DNA of 62,965 nt, the filler included, from Reticulomyxa filosa (taxonomy: Eukaryota > Protista > Foraminifera): the NCBI GenBank assembly GCA_000512085.1. It is 24 parts of 24 records of this genome, joined end to end, with 100 filler letters (N's around TTAATTAATTAA, not from the genome) between each part and the next. Parts side by side here need not be neighbours in the genome. Positions count along the whole stretch, not along the records: positions 47,119 to 51,462 come from ASPP01027602.1; positions 51,563 to 52,618 come from ASPP01010629.1; positions 52,719 to 54,263 come from ASPP01013045.1; positions 54,364 to 55,950 come from ASPP01026847.1; positions 56,051 to 57,120 come from ASPP01026592.1; positions 57,221 to 61,865 come from ASPP01006379.1; 18 more parts are not named here. One strand, written 5' to 3'. This document shows, in pieces, positions 47,783 through 57,997 of the stretch. Numbering within the stretch: the first letter of the stretch is position 1; each line of letters opens with the position of its first letter. Below the pieces are notes generated by a model. The model worked only from the letters and a program-made list of their open reading frames with translations, did no database searches and was not told where the DNA came from. A program made the position numbers and the translations under genes.

Positions 47783-50269
47783 ATGTCCGGAGATGATGGA
47801 GGCTTGCAGGGCTTGAAAGCCTTAACTGATTTACTAGAGAACCATTTGAAGAAAATGGTGGAGCAGGAATCCTTTGTTGAGTTTGCAATTGTAAATAGCG
47901 GAGAAAATGCTTCTTTATTGAGAGAGGCTAAAGACAAAGCTTTAAAAGATGAAAAAGACTTATTGAAGTCATTGCAAGTATTGGAATTGAGCGACTTTTT
48001 AAAAAATTGTAAGTATTGAAAAAAAAGAAATGATTTGTCTGTTTCTGTGGGGCGTGAAAGAAGGAACAAAAAAAAAAAAAAAATAATGTGATATATTTTT
48101 CCCCCTTTTTTTTATAGGTGTCTTGGTGGAAAGGATGTACGATGAATTGTATGCACCTTTAAGAACAGAACAAAAAGGAGCACGCGAAAAATATGCAAAA
48201 AGTTTGGCTGAATACGAAAAAACCTAAACCTAAAACAGAAGGAGGTTCTATAGTCAGTTTAATGTTTTCTGCTCAAGTTAAAAAATTGAACTATATGTCA
48301 TTACATGTGAAGAGATGATTCAGCGCACTGTTACAACAAAAAAAGGGAATATACACGTATACTTTTTAAAAAAAAATAGAACTTGTATAAATCTGCGTTT
48401 GAGGGCTTCATCAAAGAGGTCTCCGCAGCATTCAACAAAGAACATGTGAAATTAAAGAAAATGGCTCCTGTCATGTGCAAAAACATTGAACGAACTTTTT
48501 ACAAAGTTGTGTTGAAATTACACAATTTAATATTTGTACTAAGCTTTTTTTTGAAATGAGGCAGTGATAAAAAAAGGGGCTAATTTAAAATAAGATAAGT
48601 GAAATGGGCGTGTTTGTTGTTACAAAAAAGACTTATTACGTTTACAAAGGAGATCACACTCAATTGACGGATTTGTTGCGTTGCTCGTTTGTATTTGATT
48701 CATTTGTCGATTTGTATAAAGCATTTGGCGTGTTTGAGAATGTAGCAAACTCAAAATCAGACATGAAAGGTGGCGTGTTGCGTGCCAAGGACCGATTTGA
48801 TCCCGAAAAGATGCCTTTTGGCTACCGTGACTTACTTGTAAATGTGATGTGTCCAGGAACTTCGGTCGTTTGTGAGGTGCAGTTCCACCATAAGATCTTT
48901 TATGATTCCAAAAAAGACAGTCACTACGTATACAAAAGAGCACGTCTTTTTGACGTTGGCGAACGTAACTTGGCCTATGAATACGTTACTGATCACATCA
49001 AATCCAAAATTCCACCTGAGCAAAAATATGTAAGCTGTAAACTTTTTGTTTCTTTGTTTTAATGCAACATTTTTTTTTTCCCCTTTTGCAAAATCGAATC
49101 AAACAAACTTGTTAATTGATGTTTGCGATCAAACAAAAAAGATTTCGAGATTTAATAAGGATGATGATGACGACGATCATGGCAAAAAAGAAGTGACTGT
49201 GTCCAGTTTGCTCAAGGAATGGTTCCCTGATAAAAATAATGAAGATGGTGTTGCTGGCATCACAGAAGACGGTAAAACAGTCTCCTATCTTCAAATTTTA
49301 GTGGATCAAGGATACGACAAAGTTGAAGGCTTGAAAGACTTGACTGATGATGATTTGAAGGAAATGAAATTTAAGCCTGGTATGTCTCATTTTTGTCGGA
49401 TTGAGAGAAAAAATTGATAAACTACAAACACAAGTGGGAATTTTTAAAAAATAGGACATCGCAAACAGTTCATCAAAAACAGAGACAACTACTTCAAATC
49501 TTTGGAAGATAAAGAAAAACAAGAAAAAGAAGAAAAAGAGAAAGAAGAAAAAGAGAGGGAAGAAAAAGAGAAAGAGATTGTACAGACAAAAACCAGCGGA
49601 GGAAAAAAAGAAGAACAAATCGAAGAAGATAATTCTGGCTTGAGAGAAACAAAAAACTAGTTAATTTTTGTATACTTTGCTCCAGCTGCATAAGTTTAAA
49701 CAAGACACATGGATGTGATGTGGTGATTACTATGTCAGTAATAACTTTTTAGCAAAAGAGAAAATTTTCATCGTTTGTGGCGCATTAGGAGGAAGTAATG
49801 GAGGAGGTGGTGTATATCTCGTGGACACCGCATCGCCACACAAATACACGTGCATTCGCGAAGATGGATACGTAAACGGACAAGCCATGTGTCGCATTTC
49901 TAATGAAAAGTTGTATATTTGCGCTGGCACATCCTTTGGCGCAAAAGGAGGCGGTATGTATATTTTTTTACATTGTAGCAACAAAGAAGGAAAAATTGTA
50001 TACTTTTCCTCTATAAAAAAATCGAATAACTAAACAAACTAAAAGGTGGAATTTGGGAAGTTGATGTTGAGACTGGAAGAGAATCTGAAGTGTGCAAAGG
50101 ATATGCGAATTGTACTACCATGACCAATGCTGGAGATGTCATCTACGCTGTGTGCGGACGAGCAGGAGGTGGCACTGGAGGGGGAGGTTTGTATCGTGTT
50201 GACTCTCGCACTGGAAGATATGAAGAGGTTGGTTCTGATTGGCAAAATGTTACGTGTATGGCAAGTTAA
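47783..50269 (+). CDS. RelA/SpoT-like synthetase domain, SAM domain, acidic linker and beta-propeller repeats (8 exons)
   Basis: Exons 47783-48008, 48118-48276, 48380-48505, 48631-49029, 49142-49379, 49455 to about 49637, 49753-49953 and 50046-50269. Motifs KNIERTFYK, DLLRCS, KDRF, GYRDLLVNV, EVQFH, HYVYKRAR; SAM YLQILVDQGYDKVEGLKDLTDDDLKEMKFKPGHRKQF; three 46-49-aa Gly-rich repeats. One frameshift in the A6 run at 48217-48222. Confidence 0.75.
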
Positions 50270-50312
50270 GCAGCCACTTCCTTTTTTTTTTCAAAAATCA
50301 TGTGAAATATAG

Positions 50313-50807
50313 GAAGTGCGTATAAAGTATACATAGTATGAGGCAAGGCTTATGGATGCAAAGGCTGTGGGGATTGATCCAAGCAAACAAAAATTAAAAA
50401 TTAAAAAAAACAAAATGACAAACAATCTATTAAACTGGGAGGCCAAATACTATATAAAGATGTTTGACAATGTTTGTCATGTGAGTTGAATTTTCACATT
50501 CTTGATGTCCTATCAACGTTTAGCGACTTGGCATTTTTGGATCAACTATGTACATAGGCGGTGGTGGTATTTGGGAAGTAAATACGGTCACTGATTGAAA
50601 GCATGTGGATGGAAATACACATGGTGAATGGTGGGCTTGGAAGATAAAAAGAGAATTTATTTTTGCAATGGGGTGGCCAGGAATCAACAAAGAACAACAT
50701 CGACTCTGAATACTGCTGGCTTGTTCTCATTTGATACAACCAATCCAAGAGAGGGCTATCAAACATTGCAACAGAGTAGATGGATCAATGTCACTTTGAT
50801 GTCATAA
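50313..50807 (+). pseudogene. Decayed propeller blades 4-5 of the upstream gene
   Basis: KVYIV*GKAYGCKG / GGGIWEVNTVT..GWKYTW*MVGLEDKKRIYFCNG..AGLFSFDTTNPREGYQTLQQSRWINVTLMS*. Confidence 0.6.
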
Positions 50808-52718
50808 AAAAAATTTATGTTCAAAACAAAAAAAAGGATCAAACTAAAAACACATTTTCAATTATGATCGACAAACTATCATTTTCAAGCTGGATTGATT
50901 ATAAAAGAAAAAGCAACATTTCATACTAATGAATAAAAAAATTAAACGCTGATTTAAATCATGCACTACATGATAGAATTGAAAAAGTAGACACTTGCCA
51001 AACACAAACTTAAATTTATCTCCAAAAATGAAGTTGTCCTTTTTTTGCTGATAAACATATATTTTTATGAACTTAAAACTAAGAATTCAGTTATAATCTT
51101 TATCACTACTATTGACATATAATTCTTTGGAACATGACATTAAGTCCCAAAAACGTAATGTATTATCATGTGTGTTGAAAATTCTTTTCAAATAATTCTT
51201 CTAGTTGCCAAAATGAACTTTTAATTTCTTTAAAACTTTTCTAGTTTTATGTTCACATATATTGTCGCTAATAACGTCACGTAGATATATTTCAAAAAAA
51301 AAATTAGTCTTGTATCTTTCTTAGTTTTTGAGAAAAATTAAATTCTTTTATTGCAGTTTATTACAATTTATTGAATCGCTGCAGTAAATTGCATAGAAAA
51401 CTGAACGCATAAAATACTACCTTATGAAGATAATTGATTTTCTCCATGAAAAATAAATATTTNNNNNNNNNNNNNNNNNNNNNNNNNNNNNNNNNNNNNN
51501 NNNNNNTTAATTAATTAANNNNNNNNNNNNNNNNNNNNNNNNNNNNNNNNNNNNNNNNNNNNCTGTTCAATATTTGAGTTTTTTAATTATTTTTTTGAAA
51601 ATTACTAAATGATTGAAAATTTTAACAAAAGACTTGCTGTTGAGCTGTTGCGTCAGTGCTGGAGTTTGCGCAAAGTTGAAAAAACAATTTGTAATAAAAC
51701 ACTAAAATGATATTTAAAAAAAAAATTATGTATGAATGTTGTTTTTTCATTTAGAAAATCAATCATCTATATAAGGTGCCATTTTATGTGTCAACTTTAC
51801 TTTGCATTATACAATCTTTAAAAAAAGCAGGAAATATTGTACAATTGATCTTGTTACATTCATTGGCCAATTATACTTGAATAAATACAAACGAAAAAAT
51901 AGAATTTATAAAACTAACGATTACTTGTTTATCATTTGTATTCATGATCAATAACAAAGCACTTGATCCAATGCTTGTTTGCAATCACATTTAATTAATA
52001 TACTATTAATCAATCTTTAACCTACAATGTTCATATAATCTCAAAAGTGGTTTTTTGCTTTTTAAGAATGCAAGTACATAAACATTATTTAACACATCAG
52101 CATATAATTTTCAATGGTTTCACGAAGTGATCCAGATAACATTATACTTAATTTTATACTAATTGTTAAATGAAAATACAATATCACGTAATGATATAAA
52201 ATGTACTTTTTCCATTGGTTTTCTATTGTTTAGTTTTGATTAATCTATTTTTCGTACAATATCATGTATAAATTTTTTCAGTCAATCAGAAAAATCTTGA
52301 AGTATCCACCTGAATAGTTCAAACATAAAATTTCAAAATGAATTTCAAACATTGTTAGTGTAAAATAAGATTCTTGACTTTGCTTCGTTCTCTTTCAAAA
52401 CAACTTTTCAGTCAAGTTGTGAATGACGACTTTGTCTAATTTTTTTTTAGATCAAAATAAATAACTTACTTAAATTGAAAAAAGATGCTGCAAAAAAATT
52501 TCGAAAGATAAAAAAAATTAAAATAATATTTAAAAACTACACTACTTGTAATTTTTTCTTTAAATAAAAAAAATGTTGATAAAACGTTGTTTTTTCATGG
52601 GAAAATCAGTCATCTTCANNNNNNNNNNNNNNNNNNNNNNNNNNNNNNNNNNNNNNNNNNNNTTAATTAATTAANNNNNNNNNNNNNNNNNNNNNNNNNN
52701 NNNNNNNNNNNNNNNNNN

Positions 52719-52977
52719 TGTTGAATATTCACCATTTGTTATAAAGAATAGTATTGGTAATTTAAATGTGATATGTTCTGGGTCATCTGATAATACAATT
52801 CGATTTTGGGATGTTCGATCAAATAAGAATCAATTGTATATGATCAAAGGAGATGATGATGGAATAATTTGTCTTAAATTTATTTTATTGAAAAAGAAAG
52901 AGAAGACAAAGAATGTTAAATATGATTGGAATTTGTGTTATGGTTCAAAGAAAGGTCCCATTCGTATTTGGGGATAA
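52719..52977 (+). CDS. WD40-repeat protein C-terminus (expanded family)
   Basis: VEYSPFVIKN..CSGSSDNTIRFWD..NLCYGSKKGPIRIWG*; close paralog of 33605-34064. Confidence 0.92.
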
Positions 52978-54189
52978 TTTACTGTTTTGTCGAATTTTTC
53001 TTTTTTGAAACGTTTGATTAAAAAAAGTAAGGTGATATCAAACTTGTTTAATTTGATTAAGTGCAAGCATTGTTTTATCTTACTTTGTTGTTTTAAAAAA
53101 TTGAAAAAATCTACATCCAATTTTTTAAGGAGTTGAAAAGCATAGTAAATAAGACTTGTATCTAAAATCAAAATAAGTTGCAAAATATTTTAAGTGTTGC
53201 GTTTTCTTCAATACTAATTTTTTGAATTGTTTTTTTATAGTATCGAACACTCAAAACAGGATAAAATAAAAAGGACAACAGCGTGCATTACTAAAAACAA
53301 TATTTTTTACTGAAGCAGGATATGAATGAACAATAATTCAAAAGAATGCAATAAAATAAAGAGAATAGTTTATCTTAAGATACTTCTAATCTGTGGCTGT
53401 ATGCAAAGCGAATATATTCTTTATAATATCATATTCTATATCTATTTACATCATTGTGAAAATAAAAATTTGAAAAAGTATTATTTTAAGGATCCGTTTA
53501 TATTCAATCCTTACGTTTTTGGCAACATGATATTTTTAATGAAGGAAAAAAAAGATAAATCAAAAAAGCTTTATTCACATATTTTCATCCCAAACATAAG
53601 TTAGGCCTTTGATCATACAATTTTATCAATGCCTTCATTTCTGTTTTGCATTTTCCTGATTCTGGTTCACTTTATATACCTCAATTAAATTATGTTAAGT
53701 TTTGAATAGTTATTTGATATAAAAAGTGTTTTCATGCAATGCAAAATGAAAGCTTATCAACTCTGCTGTCATGATTCAAATACGTTCTTCATGTAATTGG
53801 AATATTTATATAAAATTCCATTTCTTTAAATGCTTTAGATAAGTTCAACATTATATTAACATTTTCAAAAATCATTTCATCAAATTCATAAATTTGTCCT
53901 CTTTTAATAATATTCTTACATTGTCGATGTTCCACCGCAATTATCCACTTATAAAATCACAAAAATACAATCTAATTCTTTTCAGAGTGCAGTTTTCATT
54001 TATTGGCTTTGAATTCTAAAAAAAAAATTTAATGAAAGTTTTTTCAGCTTTTTTAAACAACAAAATAAGATAAAACACATCTTTTAGTATGTGCTCAATC
54101 AAATCAAACAAGTTTAACATAACTTAATTTTCTTTTATCAAACTTTTCAAACAAAAATACTTTCATTTTTTGTTCAACAAAACATCAAA

Positions 54190-54263
54190 TTATCCCCAAA
54201 TTCGAATGAGACCTTTGTATGAACCATAACACAAATTTAAATCATATGTCACATTCTTTGTCT
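54190..54263 (-). CDS. Extreme C-terminus of another WD40 family member
   Basis: TKNVTYDLNLCYGSYKGLIRIWG* plus a homologous 3' flank. Confidence 0.85.
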
Positions 54264-54838
54264 NNNNNNNNNNNNNNNNNNNNNNNNNNNNNNNNNNNNN
54301 NNNNNNNTTAATTAATTAANNNNNNNNNNNNNNNNNNNNNNNNNNNNNNNNNNNNNNNNNNNNAAAAATTTTGATTAAATGTTGTTTTTTCATGGAGAAA
54401 CATAACATCTCTATAAGGTGGCATTTTAGGTTTCAACTTTCTTTTTTATCTTACTGTATTATGTTTGTAACATTTTTTTTAATCTTTAATATTACGAATA
54501 TAATTGATGTTGAAGTTTTTAACTTTATAATTATTGACGCATGTATAGAAGCTACTTCAGGAAATGTTTTTCATTGTATTAATTATTTGTATTTTTCACC
54601 TGAATGAAATATATTTGATTGACTACAACACTAGTTATTCTATTTTGAGTGCTATTGGTAATTGTTTCCGGTATTTTAATCTACAGTAAAATGTACAATA
54701 TTTTTTCTTATGAAAAACATAATTAAACACAATATTTAATTGAATAAAGTTATTGCAGAGATTAACAACGTTCTGAACAGTTGACCTGTTTCCAAAATTT
54801 GAACAAATTTTTCGTACAAGAAAAAATTATATGCAAAT

Positions 54839-55876
54839 ATGAGTACCGTAACATGGAGCTGTCCAAAATTGTTTAACTTGAAAGTAGCAGAACTTCGTCG
54901 TCACGGTTTCCAGGACGTTGAAGATTGGCTGTCACGTCCGGGACATTTGTATATCGGACGTAAGCAACGAGTGTTTATTTACACTAATATACGTTCAACG
55001 GAGTGTCCCGGTACCAGCGTGGTGGCAGATAAGCGAACTACGGCAGGCAAGACATTGCAGAGACCAGTGGATACAGAGCGATCAATGAAACAGGGCAACA
55101 AAATGTGTGAAAAGCTACTTTCTTGCCCGATCGGATCATACATAGACAAAAACCAGAAAATTGTGAAGTTACTAGTGATCCCCGAGTCGAAATGGCATAA
55201 CCCATTTCGAAGCAAAGAAATCGGTCTAGGCAATTCACTACAACAATTTGAAGATTATCTGAGCAAGAACAAAGAGTTACTGCATGGCTTGGATGAGCTC
55301 GATAACGTAGCTGCCATTGGCTGCTGGTGTGCACCTAATCCATGCCATGGAAACGTTATCTTGAATTGGCACAACAAATTCAAACAACTGAAAGCCACCA
55401 CCATTCAACAAAAGTCCACACCGTCTGCAAATGTCGCTCCCGATCAAAAGCCCACGGAGGTCGTAAGCCTCCTTCCACTGCCAGTGTCTGGGGAGGTTCC
55501 TTCGCCAAATTGGACAATTATAACTTACACCAACACAAAGATGAAGAGAATGAAGTTAAGGGATAAAAAAAAAATTCTGAAGAAAATTCTAAAAAAGTTT
55601 AATATATACATATATATATTTTTTTTTTTTTTTTAAGTATTCCCCTCCTTCCTTCCTTCCTTCTTTCCTCAAATAAACAAACAAAAAAATCAATACAAAA
55701 ACAAAATACAGAAAATTGACGAAACGAATGTCAGCAAAACATTGTCATGGATCCTGCGCCATGGCTGTGGCGAATTGGGAATTCCAATGGACGACGCGGG
55801 ATTTGTATCGGTTCAAAGGCTTTTGCAGGCAAAGCCTATGAGAGTACGTAATGTGACCCTTGCCAATCTCGAACAT
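54839..55876 (+). CDS. DUF4326 domain fused to Tpt1/KptA RNA 2'-phosphotransferase (3' partial)
   Basis: Exon 1 has YIGR, SKWHNPF and GCWCAPNPCHG. A phase-0 GTAAGC donor at 55463 and the CAG acceptor at 55711 join it to VSKTLSWILRHGCGELGIPMDDAGFVSVQRLL. Confidence 0.8.
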
Positions 55877-56449
55877 GTACGCTTGAGAGGGGGGGGGAGG
55901 GGAAAGAAAAAAAAAATTACAACTTTGTTATTTGGTTTTCTATTTTGTTANNNNNNNNNNNNNNNNNNNNNNNNNNNNNNNNNNNNNNNNNNNNTTAATT
56001 AATTAANNNNNNNNNNNNNNNNNNNNNNNNNNNNNNNNNNNNNNNNNNNNGACGACGAAAATCGTTGTTAATAATCGAAGATTAACTTCGAACTTCTTTC
56101 AGATACTGCTAGATGTTGCAGTAAATAGTTGTTCTGTGCTTGTCTTCCTTCAAAATACAACTTTTTTTCAAGTTTATCTCGATGATGAAGGACGTTTAAA
56201 TTATTTTTTTTTTTTTTTGTGGAAGATTGATTATCCCTTAACTCGCACTGCTTTTTGCCCTTCTACTTGCATAAACTCAGGTCTTTTTAGTTAAAAGAGC
56301 ACCCTCGTTCTAAGAAATAGAACACAGTACTCAAAAAAAAGAAGCAAAAACAAAAGACACACAAAAATCTTACACCAACCAAAGCTCAATTCAAAAAATA
56401 ATCAAAAGAAAAACAATAAAGTTATTTCAATTTAAATTGAGATTTACTT

Positions 56450-57120
56450 AAGAAAATTTGACAATTATTCAAATCCTTCTCTTGATCATGACATATGGTT
56501 TCCACGATCGATCCCCGATAATGAATTGTTTCATTGGCAGTGACAATATATTGATATCTGGAAGCAATCTTGGATGTTTATCCACCAATTGTGACGTAAT
56601 TCACTGTATTGCTAACATTCCATCAGGAAATGCTCGACGGTTTTTTCTTCTTTACACCAAATACAATCAGGAGAATCTAATCTTTGGATGTTGTACAAAT
56701 AATTATTCAATCCAATTTTGCCAGTAATCGACCGACAAATAATCTTGCGTTCACTAAATGTCAATGAATGCAATACAATCTTTTCAAATGATTGAGCTTA
56801 CATCAGGTTGGATAGGAAATATCGTGGTATGTCTTGGATTATCAATACCTTCACAAATCCAATGCCTGTTTTATTGCTCTGTAAAATATGGGTTCAATCC
56901 ATGATTATTTAGGAATACCGCTGATCTGTGTTGTTGACTTAAATTTGGTTGCAATTGCAACGCTTTCTTGCGAGCATTATTTGCAACAAGATCCACTTTA
57001 TCACTACCAGAATGACTTTTAATCCAGTAGATCTCTGGTACATTATCCTCATTAAATGATCTTAGGATCTTTAATGGCACTTTATAGATATCTGAATCCC
57101 ATTTATTGAATATCGCATTG
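56450..57120 (-). mobile_element. 3' part of a degenerate LINE ORF2: RNase H C-terminus plus CCHC finger
   Basis: YWIKSHSG..DKVDLVANNAR (RNase H WxKxH..AD.LA motif), then IICRSITGKIGLNNYL..SPDCIWCKEEKTVEHFLMEC*; stops and frameshifts. Confidence 0.8.
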
Positions 57121-57256
57121 NNNNNNNNNNNNNNNNNNNNNNNNNNNNNNNNNNNNNNNNNNNNTTAATTAATTAANNNNNNNNNNNNNNNNNNNNNNNN
57201 NNNNNNNNNNNNNNNNNNNNGGTAAGTTGTATATATATATATATATATATATACAG

Positions 57257-57997
57257 GTGTTGGAGCAAGAATCGGAAGACCAAACGGATACCATGTCTGT
57301 CGCATCGAACGACAGCAACCGCAGTCACAGCAACAGCACCGACAGCTTTTCTGGAATGAAGCGTTCGAAGAAGCTGAAAAAGCCCCGACGATTAACATAC
57401 GATCTCCAACAAGGAGGTGCTGAAAAGGGCCAGCAAGCAGACAACCCCTTGACAAGTGCGAGCGCGTTCAATGGCAGTAAGTTGATCGGAGAGCCGAGGC
57501 CGGTCGTACCTCCTCCTCCTCCTCCCCTTCCTTCTTCCAAACTGTCAGTGTTATCTCCGATTTTGGACGTCCAAGAAAGCGATGATGGTGTTTTGCAAAA
57601 CTCCCAACTCGATCTCACTCTTCATGACGCAAAGCAAGACACCGTAGAGTCGCATTACCGAGATGCAAACATAAGCACTACTCTTGATGGCATTGCCACT
57701 GTGGAGAAACATAACAGCATTTCAATTCTGTCAGGTTTGCTTTCTTAAACATTACCTTTTTTTTATATATTTAAAAAAAAAAAAAAAAGGAAGGAAATAA
57801 TAGTTTCACACACACACATACAATACCACACAGGAGATATCCGCATAGTCTCGCCAAGAAATACCGATATATCGGAGGAAACAAGTAATGTACTAACCGC
57901 TCGGGTCACTAGCATTCCCAGTGCTAATAGTACACCTACCTTGTCTGGTGGTGACAATCATTTCGAATGGGGGGGATCTGCGTCACCTCATGGATAA
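57257..57997 (+). CDS. Disordered Ser/Pro-rich C-terminal exons of an unknown protein
   Basis: Exon after a TACAG acceptor containing PPPPPPLP, an intron at about 57734-57833, and a last exon ending SASPHG*. Confidence 0.55.

Larger units (their letters stand above)
51405..54435. repeat. Dispersed repeat of about 55 bp, four copies on three contigs
   Basis: Consensus TTTTCATGGAGAAAATCAATCATCTTCATAAGGTGxCATTTTA at about 51405-51455 (-), 51737-51795 (+), 52586-52618 (+) and 54380-54435 (+). Confidence 0.75.

Noticed and set aside
8515-48225. Euplotes-style programmed frameshifting at A-runs
   Set aside because: The sites lack the AAA-TAR signature and need shifts in both directions, which fits homopolymer errors better.
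28257-55876. An operon-like NAD+ cluster of NRK, Tpt1-DUF4326 and RSH genes
   Set aside because: These genes lie on different contigs separated by artificial spacers, so no linkage can be inferred.
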